Shown here in pieces: positions 1-12,443 of a stretch of DNA of 64,000 nt. How positions within the stretch are numbered: the first letter of the stretch is position 1; each line of letters starts with the position of its first letter. Source of the DNA: Octopus sinensis (lineage: Eukaryota); NCBI RefSeq assembly GCF_006345805.1, contig NW_021836134.1:186001-250000 (forward strand), read 5' to 3'. The notes below the pieces were generated by a model. That model was given only the letters and a program-made list of their open reading frames with translations, ran no database searches and was not told the DNA's origin. The translations under genes were made by a program, and so were the position numbers.

Positions 1-592
1 ACTTCATCATGTAAGTCGAGGACATTGTAGTTGTTCATTTTAACCAAAATGCAGAAAATTTTTTTTAATTTTTTTGGGGGGGAAGGTTTTAAGGACTTCA
101 TCATGTAAGTCGAGGACATTGTAGTTGTTCATTTTAACCAAAATGCAGAAAATTTTTTTTAATTTTTTTGGGGGGGAAGGTTTTAAGGACTTCATCATGT
201 AAGTCGAGGACATTGTAGTTGTTCATTTTAACCAAAATGCAGAAAATTTTTTTTTAATTTTTTTTGGGGGGGAAGGTTTTAAGGACTTCATCATGTAAGT
301 CGAGGACATTGTAGTTGTTCATTTTAACCAAAATGCAGAAAATTTTTTTTTAATTTTTTTTGGGGGGAAGGTTTTAAGGACTTCATCATGTAAGTCGAGG
401 ACATTGTAGTTGTTCATTTAACCAAAATGCAGAAATTTTTTTTTAATTTTTTTTGGGGGGAAGGTTTTAAGGACTTCATCATGTAAGTCGAGGACATTGT
501 AGTTGTTCATTTTAACCAAAATGCAGAAAATTTTTTTTTTATTTTTTTTGGGGGGAAGGTTTTAAGGACCTCATCATGTAAGTCGAGGACAT
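1..592. repeat. Tandem array, ~94-96 bp unit, 6 full copies plus a partial copy (runs off the window start)
   Basis: Unit acttcatcatgtaagtcgaggacattgtag...ggaaggttttaagg starts at 1, 95, 189, 285, 380, 473 and 568. Copies differ almost only in homopolymer length. Confidence 0.97.
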
Positions 593-673
593 CGTATTGC
601 CAATTTGAAGTTGGTGTGCACACACAGACAGACAGACAGACAGACACACACCATACCATTTTATTATTAAGAT
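593..673 (+). mobile_element. Probable end of a non-autonomous Helentron/DINE/Lep1-like element with a (CAGA)n microsatellite
   Basis: (CA)n(CAGA)n at ~619-650 followed by an AT-rich tail ending ttattattaagat, directly after an internal tandem array. This is the usual layout of such elements. Confidence 0.45.
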
Positions 674-699
674 ATTATGCATGCCGCAAAAATAAGTGA

Positions 700-3235
700 C
701 AAAATGAAGATAATATCATCTAACAAAGGAGGGAAAAATTGTTTCGAAGGCTATATAATATACAAAGCACTCGACAACAAAAAATTATATAATTTTTAAT
801 TGTGTCAAAAAGTGTTCAAAAGGATGCAGAGAAAGCTTAAGAACAGATCATAACTTTGAGTTTCCTAAAGAAGAAATCTCTCACAATCACGAATTATACG
901 ACACTCAAATAAAAGTGACAAAGTTATGCAACAAAGCAAAACTTCTTGCAAAAAAGAGCCAAGAGAATCTTTTACAAATCTATTCAAATGTTGTTTCTCA
1001 ATGTGATACAGCATCCAAAATTATTCTCTCTTCTGCAGATTCTTTCAAGCGAACAATAAGGAATCAACGCTTGTTTTTACCGATTTCAAAAATATTCTAG
1101 ATCTCGGAAATATTCAATCATTTTTAACTTTTGGTCCAGATTCAGAAAACTTTTTAATTTATGATAATTAGGGCAATTTAAGTGCTAAAATGCTATTTTT
1201 ATTTTTATATTTTTTTAAAATAAAATTGAATTTGGAATAACTATTTTTTAATTTTGTTAAAAAACATACATTATAAATGCTATAAATGCTATTTTTAATT
1301 TTAAATGCTAATTTTTTTTAAATGCACCATTTCCACTGTCAAAAGAAATCTTAATGTGGGTTTCGGAAAATGCTGAGGTTGTTTGTAGATGCGCTACGTT
1401 CGATTCGTTCGATTCGATAATAAATTAATTTAAATAAAATAATTTAGCACGCTATATAGTATTTTGAGTGATGCCGAAACCCAAGTGTTTGTTGCTTAAG
1501 AAAGCCAAGCGTATAGTCTCAGAATTCAAAGATGAGTTCTGTATTGCTGACGATGGCCTTCTATTTTGTTCTCTTTGTTTATCCAAAGTCAACTGTCCAA
1601 AAAAATTTTCAGTCGATTCTCATCGTTCTTCTTTAAAACATCAGAACAATATGCGTATAAATGTAATACAATTGTAGGTCATTCATGTGATTCAGTTCAA
1701 ACACATTAACTGAATCAATCAAAGTAGATTCGGTTAAAGAAACAATCACGGAAGCTTTTGTACAAGCAAACATCCCGCTATACAAATTAAAAAATGATTC
1801 GATCAAAAAAATGTTTAAAACATTTAACATTAACACTCCGTCCGAATTTTCATGCAGAACTACGGTTAAATTTCTTGCACAAAAAAAGATAAATGAGTTG
1901 ACAAATTATTAACGTATTAAAGTTATTTTTTAACTTTTAGAAACGAAAAGATTTTTATAATAATTGATGAAACAGATATCAGAAGGAAAAGTTTTGTAGT
2001 GATTCTAATTGGAAGCATTCGCTTTCCAACAAAATCCTATTTGGTTGAATGCAAACCACTGGAAAATCATGCCAATGTTGCCAAATAATAGATGACGTCA
2101 TTAGAGAAATGAAGATTATTCGTGACAATTTTTATCTGTTAATCTCAGATGCTGCTCCTTATATGATTTCTGGTGATATAAAAGTATCTAAATAAATAGG
2201 CGGTAAAACTTTAATGGTCATGTATAACAACATGCATCATGTCACTTGTGTTTCTCATTTGTTACACAATACGGTTTTGCGTATAAAGTCTGCATATCCG
2301 GAAATAGATGGCTTAATTGCAAGCATTAAAGCTGCCACAGTAAAAAACCGAAGACGTCATAATTTGTTCAAGGATGTTGGATACCCACCTGATGTCGTAA
2401 TTACTAGGTATTCTTTTTTATAATATATGCAGATGGGGAAGTTGGTTTAAAGCAGCGAGATATTATTTCACGAATTTTGATGAAATTTTAGTATCAAATG
2501 CTAAATATCATGTAAATAATCCCGATATTAAGTTGAAATTAACAGAGATCATATGCAATTATTCACAAATAATAGATATTCTTAAAGTTTCGGAATGTTG
2601 CGACTAGTCAATCAATCGGGCATATTATGACATAGAAGGACTACATTTTTATGATGATAAGGCAAATATTAAAAATTATATGAATAAAAGAATGGAGGAA
2701 AACGGATTTAAACCTATTGTTGAGATGACTGAACAGAAAATTAGCCAAAAAGATTATTTTTTACTTTCACGCTGTCAGGCATCCTCTGCATCCGTTGAAA
2801 GAGCTATTAAAATGCTGAAAAATATTTTAAAAAAGATAGAAACTTCTATCCAGACAATATCAAGCATTACTTCTTATTATATTACAATAAATAAAATTTA
2901 AATGTATTTTTTATTTTGGCGCCTGGGGATCATATCGAACACAGAGAGAGGATGCGTAGTCTGATTGGGAATGTCGGGATCACCTAATTAATCTTGTTTT
3001 CTGGCTTGATTTTAAATGCTAGATTTGATCATTTTAAGTGCTAATTTTTTTAATTATAAATGCTAGATTTTGTGATTTTTTAGCGCTAAAAATTTTTTCA
3101 AGTGCTAGAAACAATTTGCCCAAATGATAATCATAGAAGAAACAATAGAATTTTAATATTTAGTGCCAATACTGATTTAACGTTATTGGCAAATTTCAAA
3201 ACATGTTATATGGATGGAAATTCATTACTTTAAAC
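700..3235 (+). pseudogene. MULE (FLYWCH + DDE) transposase remnant interrupted by a hAT element
   Basis: FLYWCH-like start (IISSNKGGK..FEGY). After removing 1169-3131 the frame reads FLIYDNHRRNNRILIFSANTDLTLLANFKTCYMDG, resembling the MULE region before the first catalytic Asp. Confidence 0.6.
1169..3123 (+). mobile_element. hAT DNA transposon, degenerate transposase
   Basis: Termini tagggcaattt...aatttgcccaa. 8-bp TSD ATGATAAT at 1161-1168 and 3124-3131. BED-like CSLC..H..S..H, IIDETD, CVSHLLHN, and C-terminal ASSASVERA motifs. Confidence 0.9.
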
Positions 3236-3600
3236 AATGAAACTGAATGGAGCATGTAGCTAAATCTCTACACGAATATTCACACGGAGGAGTAAACAAG
3301 ATTGAATATGAGTGTCGACAAAAATACTTCATTGTTAAAAATGACATAATCAGAAAAGTCATTCGAAATTGTGAAGTATGTAAATTTGCCTGTCCATTGA
3401 AAGTTTTAATTCTTTTTAATTTTTAATGTAGGTTGGTGATATAAATCATCATATTTTTGCTTCTTCTCCGAATGAAAGGTTTCAGCTAGATCTTGTAGAT
3501 CTAAAAAAGTTTTCAGTCTTAAATAATAATTACAAATTGATTTTAACAGTCATTGATGTTTATAGTAGGTTAGTAGTAGATCTTTCAATAATTTATTCAG
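3236..3600 (+). mobile_element. Ginger-like integrase fragment (H2C2 + first catalytic D) with an intron
   Basis: LHEYSHGG...CEVC, then intron, then ERFQLDLVDL..ILTVIDVYSR. Near-identical copy at 40590-40990. Confidence 0.7.
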
Positions 3601-3799
3601 ATTTGCATTTGTCAGATCACTTTTTCATAAATCTTCTATTGAAAATTCAAACATTTGTTCAAATTTAGACTCAGTTGTAAATTCAAGTATTTTAACTTTT
3701 AATTTATATTTAGGTGATTCTAATTGTCTAAGTCAAAAAAATTCAAATTTAATTATTCACGAATTCAAATTTAATTATTCACGGCTAAACTGTTACCCT

Positions 3800-4470
3800 T
3801 GTAATACAACTGGCTGCCTTCTTAATGATGAAGCCGTAAGAATTGGAGTTTGTCTGCGCCTCGGTCTACGCGTCTATGAAAAACACCAATGCCGGTGCGG
3901 CGTGTGGACTGACGAGTTTGGATATCACTCCTCTCCTGTCGAAACGGAATTGGACGTTCCTCACGGCATTCCGAACTGAACCAGATCATCTGTCGATCTC
4001 TTCGAACTGCTGGATTCCACACACAATTGGAACCTGTAGGGATTTTCGTAGAGGACGGCAGAAGACCCGATGGGATGACCACATTTCCATTCCAGAGGGG
4101 AAAGTGTCTGGTTTGGGACGTCACGTGTGTGAACTCCTTTTCCAATCAGAACATCAAATTATGCATCGAGAATCCTGGAGCCCGTCTGAACGGGCAGAAA
4201 AGAGAAAAGCTGAGAAATACGCTGGAATTGGGAATGGGAGAGTGTTTGTCCCCCTGGCTGTTGAGACGTCAGGAATACAGGGCCTTCTACTCGGACCCTA
4301 CTCCAGCGCATTGCCTCATTAATCGGAAGGGTTACCGGCGACCCGTGTGAGCACCGGTATTTAATCGAAAGAATATCTATAGCAATAGTCAGAGGCAATA
4401 CTCTGGCTATCTGCCAATGACTATTTCTCTTTGGTTTACATAAATAAAATTTAAATTTAAAAAAAAAAAA
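3800..4470 (+). mobile_element. 5'-truncated CRE-like (RLE-type) non-LTR retrotransposon, degenerate
   Basis: HQCRCG zinc knuckle, EPVG..DGRRPDG, WDVTC, PLAVETSG, RISIAIVRGN; A-rich tail at ~4455-4472. Confidence 0.85.
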
Positions 4471-4689
4471 AAAATTTAATTTAAAATCCAATTGATGGAA
4501 GAAACTCAAATGAATAGGAAAATCAATGTCCACAATAGTAAATACAATTTAGTGTCGGAGATAAATTTTAGATAAAAATTATACATAGGTTCGAATAAAA
4601 AAAAGATGATGGAACAAACCCTTCGTTCGAGTCTTCATTCTATCCGGCCGCTGAAATAATTAACATTTTATCAAATAATTGAGGTAAAC

Positions 4690-5190
4690 TCCTTTGGATT
4701 GCACTTATTATCGTGTCAGAGGAGCTCCGGACGCTTTCCCTGACACGCTGCCCTGAACGACATAGTCAAGGGGACTCTTGAAACTGCCTGATTCCCATCA
4801 CAGTTGAAACCGGTCGGCCTGATTCAGGAGGATGGTAAACGTCCTGACGGCCTAACGACTTTTTCCTTCGAAAATGGCAAGTCGCTCATCTGCGACGCAA
4901 CTTGCACGGACACCTTCTCCGCCGGAAACATCTTTACGCCAGCCGCAGAGCCAGGCTCCGCAGCTAACCAGGCAGAAACGGTAAAAATCAAAAAATACAG
5001 TGCATTATCGCACCGTCATATCTTTGCCCCGATCGCAGTGGAAACGTCGGGAACTAAAAAATTCCTTATTAAATTGGGGGACCTGGCAAGCAGAACGAGA
5101 ACGATCATTGAGAACGGAAATGGCTTTTCCAACGCATATCAATAGCCATCTTGCGAGGAATTGCCACTCCATCTTATCCTCTGCTGCTAA
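4690..5190 (+). mobile_element. 5'-truncated CRE-like non-LTR retrotransposon
   Basis: RHAALND..., PVGL..DGKRPDG, DATCTDT, PIAVETSG, AILRGN. Confidence 0.85.
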
Positions 5191-5639
5191 TTAAATATTT
5201 ATTAACACTTTTTATCATTAATTTTTTAATAATCAATCATCAAAAAAATCGAAGTAAATCAATCATTTTTATTTAATAGATAAAAATGCTAAAGAAGAGA
5301 TATGGACGGTACCAATGGAAAGACTAAAAAAATGATTAATTTTAATATTTTTTGTTAAAATTATTCTTCCAACTTATTCAATGATTAAAATAGTGTAATT
5401 TGTTCAAGGTAAAATGTGACCAGTTCCCCATGCGTATCAGCCGCCCATGTCACAAAATATAGACAACAAAATGCAACGTGCTAATATGTCGATGTGTGCT
5501 CCACCTGGACAAGAACAAAATAACAATATTATTTCTAGAGCAAGATGGACAACCGCATCAAAGAGGCAGACGTCCGATGGAAAGACATAATGAGGTTAGG
5601 TTTGTTGTGTATCTTAGTTTTCCAGAAGTCATTAAAACC

Positions 5640-6625
5640 ATAAAAACTTGGTTTGAAATTGAATTTAGAAAATGGAGATGAAGACACTGGCATTCGCTAT
5701 TCACCAAGAATGCCACTGGAGAATACTAAAGCTTCGTAAGAAGTGCTGTGAATTTTATTTACTGTGCAACACTGCCGGTTGCGCTGGAACACGATCTGAA
5801 ACACGTGGGCAAAACCCTGAAAAAATGCGAGGACTTGGACGAACTGCGAAGGCTTGCACAAAACCGCAGAGGATGGCAAACGATGGTTAAGAAGATTGTA
5901 TCGTGTGTGGCCCGTGTGGGAATATAACTCTTTTCTTTCGTTGTTTATGTTCCTACGGGAAGTGCTAATAATAATAAACGCCATATTATCAAACAAATTA
6001 TAAAAGACTTCGAAATTTGTAAATTTGCTGGGCCGTTAAAAGTATTTTTGATTAAATATACTTAGGTATCCGATTCTAGTTACCATGTAACGGCAAGAAA
6101 TCAAAATGAAAGATTCCAAGCGGATCTTATTGATGTTCGAAGATACAAAGATTTTAACGATGGATATAATTGGATATTAACAATTATTGACATCTACAGC
6201 AAATTCATAGTCTGCAAATCCATTAAAATAAATCTGCCTTTCGGAAAACTTAACATTTACTTCTAGAAGTTGGAAATAAATTTGAAAAAATTTTTGTCAA
6301 ATTGGATATTGTCAAATTTTACAAACGGACAACGGATTGGAATTCAAAAATCAACTGATAGATCAACTATGCAAGAAAATAAAATCAAACATATTTATGG
6401 AAGACCAAACAATCCCCAGTCACAAGTTTATAAATTTGAAATAAATTAGGGTGCAATTGAGCGCTTTAACCAAACATTGACACGGGGTATGATAAAACTG
6501 ATGGATAAAGAAAGAAGTAGAAATTGGAAACAATTTTTAGACAAAGTAACTTTTTCCTATAATACGACACACCACTCGGCGATCAATGAACCCCCCTTCA
6601 AAAAGTTTAGTTTTCAAAATCACCT
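5640..6625 (+). mobile_element. Ginger-like integrase, degenerate
   Basis: ERFQADLIDV, ILTIIDIYSKF, LQTDNGLEFKN, PQSQ|GAIERFNQTL (24-nt intron at 6426-6449), YNTTHHS. The full D-D-E triad is recognisable. Confidence 0.8.
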
Positions 6626-6634
6626 AGACAAATC

Positions 6635-6730
6635 AACCAACACGTAATGAGATTAACCAACAACACGTAATGAGATTAACCAACATCACGTAATGAGATT
6701 AACCAACATCACGTAATGAGATTATCCAAC
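6635..6730 (+). repeat. 4 x 23-bp tandem repeat at the 5' junction of the viral insert
   Basis: cacgtaatgagatta(a/t)c starts at 6641, 6664, 6687 and 6710. The last copy is in frame with the RdRp. Confidence 0.95.
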
Positions 6731-8732
6731 AAACTCGTTGGACCACATGTGAAGGCCACACACAGTCTTTCAACTATGAATATGCGAGGCTCACTGGTTC
6801 ACCTATCACAACCGACATGAATACCGTCATCAACCATTTCAATTTGTGGCTAAGGAAAGCATTTATCGCCCATAATCCACATCTTTCTATCAAAAGTATA
6901 GATCAGTGATTCTCAAGTGCGGCCCCTAGGATTTAATTTGCGCCCCTAGGTTTATAAATGTTTTATTTTTTAATTTAATATTTTAAATTTTATGAATAAA
7001 AAATGTCACGTTTTTTATTTGTTGTTGTGATGTCTGATTCTAAACGTTGTCGAAAACTTTTCCGAGGAAAATAGGATTTTTCAACACATCTGGAAGAAAA
7101 ATATTTCATTATTGAGATCAATGGAAAGGCTCTTTGCCTAATATGCCATTCTATTATTGCAACTCTAAAAACGTATACAATCGAACGGCACTACCGTTTC
7201 CACTCTATTCTTTATGACAAATTCACTGGTGTTTCTCGGACGAAAAAACTAAAACAAATGAAAGAAGATTATTTAAAACGATCATTTACTTTCAAAAGTG
7301 GCACATATTCGTCTAATATTAACCTGGCATCATACAAAATTAGTTACCTATTGGCTAAAAATATGAAGCCTTATTCTGATGGCGAATTATATAAAACGGC
7401 AATCGAAAATATTTGTCGGAATGTTGTTCGCCCGCTGTTTTCGATATTGCAACACAAGTTACCTCTAAGTAACGATACTGTTACTAGAAGAGTCAGTGAT
7501 ATATCTGATAATCTGATTAACGAACTTTTACAGTATGCAAATTGTTTGTAATTTTTAGAATTTGTAAAGATTTTCAATATTATTCTTTTGCGCTTGATTG
7601 TTCCAAAGATATTTCAGATATCGAACAATTAGTAGTGTTTATAAGGGGGAGTAACATGACTTTCGAGTATACGAAGAATTTTTTTCATTGAATTCACTTC
7701 ACGGAGAAACTAAGGAACAATGAAAAATTCAATGAGATTATTTGCATCTCCATTAATTATGAAAAGTGAGGAGGTTTCCGGGATTTACCAACTGGAATTG
7801 ATTGATTTGCAAAATGATGTTGAACTGAAAAGTTTGTTCAACAACATTTCAATAATTGACTTTTATTCGAGAATTCCAGAGAACCGATTTCCGAATTTAG
7901 TCAATAATGCAAAGAAAAATTAGCAATGTTTGGATCAACATATGTCTGCGAATCGACATTTAGTAAACTCGTTCGAATTAAAACAAAGTTTCGCAGCAGA
8001 TTGACTGATACTCATCTGAGTGATTTGTTACGTACTTCAACAAGTAGAATTAAACCTAATTTTGATTATTTGGTTAATAAATAATTCTTAAAAATTATTT
8101 GCGGCCCCTGTAAATTTTTTTTTTAATTTGCGGCCCCTGAGCAAAAAAGCTTGAGAATCACTGGTATAGATTGTTTGTGTTACGGCGATGACTTGCTATG
8201 TGCGGAAATCGAATCTGACCGCCTGTCTTTCTTACAGTGCTCTCTTGGTAAACGTGTTGGTTTAAAGGGTTCTCCTCCTGGAAGTCTCCCCTTTCTCGGT
8301 CGTTATTTCTTCCTCGATAACGTTCCCGATGAAATCAATTCTTTCCAGAATCCACTTCGCACGTTGCCCAAACTTTGTTTAGGCCTTTCCTTCACACAAT
8401 GGCAACAACGTCTTGCGGGCTACTCCATAACTGATTCTTCCACGCCTCTTATCGGTGACTATATTAAAGCAAATTACGATGGCCGCACCAAAGCTTCCTT
8501 CGATACAATGGGCTTTGTTCTTGTTGAAAAGTTCTGTGAGCTCTTTAGCAATTACAACACGCCCCGTTCCCTGGAGGTGATGTGTGATTCTTTATCCATT
8601 TCCATTGGCGAACTCCAGTGCTTTCGCGAGAAAATCCTTCGTAGATGTCCCGTTAATTTAATTCCTAGGGACGACACGCCCAGCTCTGGGACGCCCAGGA
8701 ATTATCCCTCAAAGGCCTCCCTGAGGTCCTAG
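6703..8732 (+). other. Endogenous viral element: nodavirus-like RNA1 RdRp (protein A) C-terminal part, split by a hAT insertion
   Basis: Joining 6703-6903 to 8172-8732 gives 253 aa with no stop: motif B RLTGSPITTDMNTVIN, motif C CYGDD, FLGRYF, SFQNPLRTLPKL, RLAGYSITDSSTPLIGDY. This is collinear with the alphanodavirus pattern FLSRVF...IQDPLRTLRKL...RVEGYLCTDALTPLISDY (recalled, not searched). Confidence 0.88.
6904..8163 (+). mobile_element. Internally deleted hAT (Charlie/Buster-like) element
   Basis: TIRs CAGTGATTCTCAAG...CTTGAGAATCACTG. Perfect 8-bp TSD GTATAGAT at 6896-6903 and 8164-8171. Transposase N-terminal part plus C-terminal dimerisation motif (MFGSTYVCESTFS). Related to 42244-44488. 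Confidence 0.95.
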
Positions 8733-9089
8733 AGAAGATAATGTCTGGGTGGCAGGTAAGTCTTAGTTTGCGGCTGAGAGGTGAGCGTGTGTGCGGGACT
8801 GAAAAGGCAGGAATGCCGAAGGTCTTAATATACCCTCTACTAACAGCCTTTTTAAAATAAAAATTTTTCCTTTCTTTCGGGGAAATCCAATTAATATGAA
8901 CAATTTAATTAAATACAAATTAAATATAAATATAAAAAACGACTAAATAGTGAAAAAAGCACAACATGGTAAACCCACAAGTGCTTAACGTGGCTTAATT
9001 TATTATATTTTTTATTTATAATTAAGATTAATTAAATAATTATTAATAAAAAAACTTTATTTGAATTAAAAAGATTTTAATGATAGGAC

Positions 9090-9730
9090 GCAAATATTGA
9101 CACCCATTTTCAACAATTTTCAATTTGAAGAAGAAAATTTTATTTCCCGAGCATAGAAGAGCTTCTATTGTAATTTTAACAAATTTTTAAACTATGAAAT
9201 TAGATTTTATCAAAAGTTTTCATAAAATGCCTTAAAACGTCAATTCCAGGCACTGTACCCGTCATTAGAATAATTCTGACAAACTGTTGGAATGCTTCAG
9301 TTATCCCTCAAACAAATACAGCAAGTTGAGAAGTATCTCTCTTTTATGCTTGCAGAATTTGTCGAATGCGATAGAAAAATATTCAAAATTTTCAAGTTTG
9401 AATGCGAGATCTAAAGGAAGAACTATAATTTGGATAAATGAGTCAAATTTTAATTTATTTTGTCGTTGTAAAAAAAGACGTTCATAAATTGGATGTCGGT
9501 CTATTGTTCTTGCACTTATTCTTATTTTTATTTAATCAATCCAATAGAACTTGCTTGGAGTTCATTCAAAGATGAAGTAAAGAAAAGAATTTGTGAAAAT
9601 ATGGATATAATTATAAATTATAAAAAACTGCAGAGGGACTGTCAATAACCGAATTCAGAATGAGAATCTTGGAAAGGATTGCAATTGAGGCAAAAGAACT
9701 ATTAACTCCACAAAAGTTAAGGGAATTCTC
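9090..9730 (+). mobile_element. Tc1/IS630-like DDE remnant
   Basis: IIWINESNFNLFCR and a degenerate NPIELAWSSFKDEVKKR. Confidence 0.5.
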
Positions 9731-10249
9731 GAATCATGTGGAGAGATATTACCCCTCAATTATTCGATGTGAAGATTTAACTGACAATTCTTTTTTGTAA
9801 TAAAAATTTCTTGCAAAATGGAATTTCTCACTTGCAAAGTTGGTTTTCATGACCACAAATTTAATTTCTTGATTACAAAATTGATTTTCCCAGTCGCAAA
9901 ATTCATTTACTATTTGCAAAAATGATTTTCCTGACTGTGACAAAATAATTTAATAAAAAATATCAATTTTGAAAATCAAGTCAAAACAATAAATTAAAAT
10001 TATTTATGCGATACCGACAAAGAGATAAAAAACTAAAAAACTAAGAAAAGCTATTTTTTTAAATAACTAATCAACACTGAAGACTGAAGGATTGTCTAAA
10101 ATATAATTTTATTTTTGTCCAAAATACTGTTTTGTCATCTATGTTGAACGAACGAACAGATTTTATTGACTTAGCAACCGAAAGAGAAGAGTTATATGAA
10201 AAGGTTTTATTAAAATCGAGACACCGAAAGCCTCCTCCTTGCTTTCCTT

Positions 10250-10700
10250 TTCACTTCTCATGCCCTTTGCAATGAGCAGAGGACTTGCCGAATGTTTTGA
10301 GTTTGTTCGTCTAGCTCTCTGGGGAGATCCTGATCAAGCCGTAGCTTATACGCCAGTTTAATCGCAAAGCGCCTTGTTTTCTCCATTTGGTGATTATGCG
10401 ATTTCTCTCGTCTGTAGGGTACCAACCTTCATGTCCATAGATAAGGACTGGTTCTACAGTCGCCTTATAGATGAAGAGAAAGGTGTCTGGGGAGAGATGG
10501 AAGCGTATAAGGCTTCTCAGGATCCCGGAACATTTCCTTCTTCTAGATTCCACGAACTTAAGGAACGATCCGTCAGCCCCGATCGTTACCCCAATCTTGA
10601 TCTTTTTCTTGGTCTTGAAGTGCAATTAGTACAATTGATTTTTTTCGTGCTGTTTAAAAAATTCCAAACAACATCTACTGAAAAAAGTCTCGCCATGTAT
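10250..10700 (-). mobile_element. LINE (L2/CR1/Jockey-like) RT C-terminal fragment
   Basis: IGVTIG..., FLFIYKATVEPVLIYGHEGW. Related to 38888-39607. Confidence 0.65.
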
Positions 10701-12443
10701 TTCTTGACGTCCTCAATGTCTAATCACGTTTTTTGATTGGTTCAAGTCTACGTTTTGAGGGGGATCGGGATACGCTTTTATTCGGACCTGGCTTTCCCCT
10801 TTAGTCTTTTTTCCAATTCAATTCCATGAATTCTGTTAGAAATTTCGCAACCTGGCACCCTTCCGATCATTTTTATTAGATTTTTTGTGACTTTTTTGTT
10901 ATAGTATTTGCGTGCTGAACCGGATGGGTGGGGTGTTTGAATGAAAAGTAGCAGATTTGTGGGGTTTTGGCTTTTCGTACATCAAACCATTCATGTACAG
11001 AGAATCTTGCAGATTTTGAAGCTGTTTGATCTGTAGTCAATCGAGGTGATAAATTCAGTACACTTGTAATCTGCATGCAGATTATTGACAGCGGTGATTT
11101 GTTTTATGCTTCTCAGTTCGATATAGGAGTTGCCAGAGTGCCCCGTTATCCGTTTTATTTGTGGCTTATTTTAATGAGGGAATTTATTTCGTAGCTGTAA
11201 CTTTAGTTGAACTTTTTAATTGTTCCTTGAGGAATAAATTTTTTAAAATTGAAAATTTCAAAACTTCATTCAGAGAATTAGAGAATTAGAGCAAGGCGGT
11301 ATTCGTACCAAAAAGCTCTTTTAAAGTAAGGATTGCGTTGTTGGTCACTGTTAGATTTCAGAACATTCTCAATCGGAATAGCTGACGTTTGCGGGAATGC
11401 ACACTTCATCATGCGTGTATCCGCCAGTGCCTTTAAACGTGGCCTTTAATCTTCAATAAAAATTAAAAACATTCTATTAGGTCATAAACGACCTTTAGGA
11501 GGTGCCAGAGGCCAGAATAGAAATACACAGTAAGATATTTTGGGAGAAAAGTGAGTTGCATTTTCATGACATTACGTAAATACACAAAAGGACAGTTGAA
11601 ATAAGTAAGACGAAAAAAGCATTTCTGAATGTCACGAGTGATAATGAGTGATGTTATCAGGCCAAATAGGCTACAAAGGAGTATAATAAGTCCCACCGCA
11701 TATAAGTGATTAACGAGGGTTTGAATAATTTAGCCCAGTTGAAGTGTACTAATCTAATCTGAGAATTTGCAATGTTTATAAAAATCCAACCATGATCTAA
11801 GTTGAATAAAGCCGTTTGAATTAGACAATTATTAGCATTGGATTGAACATGGCGAATACTTTAACGTAGTTGTCCTTGATTATAACAGAGTACAAGATTT
11901 TCAACCTAAACTTTCATAACTTAGTAGAATTTATTGTTTACTACTGTCTATATATCAAAATAATATAAAATTACCTTTACTATACTCTTGCCTGCCTCAT
12001 TCTTCACTCCTATGGTATGGCAGTACCCTGCCTCATTCGACCAGTCATCACTCCTATACTCTTGTGGTCGCCCAGGTTGTTCTCTGAAAATGACTTGTCT
12101 TTATTTGCCACAACATTCGTTCTTCCACTCACCCAGTCCCCTGGCTTGTTTTGATTTATGTGGTTCACTCTTATACTATTTCAGTCCCCCGACTTGTCCT
12201 CATTCTTCACTACTATAGTATTGCTGTCCCCAGGATGACTTATAAAGTAAAAGTAAAACAATTAAATTAATAGAAATCACAAGCCAGCTTTTGCCGACCT
12301 AGGGAATAGATAAAAATTGTCAAAAAATAAGAGTTTTACTAAATATGATTTTTGTATATTTCTAAACGTACATTCAATGATAGAATGGTTTGAAAAAATA
12401 ATAAAATATTAATTCTTGACATAATTATTCAATTTAATTCTTG

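Noticed and set aside
8645-8860. Nodavirus B2-like overlapping ORF
   Set aside because: The overlapping frame has an early ATG followed by two stops and no recognisable B2 similarity.
10860-11990. Possible host gene on the minus strand
   Set aside because: No recognisable motif and no consistent splice model.
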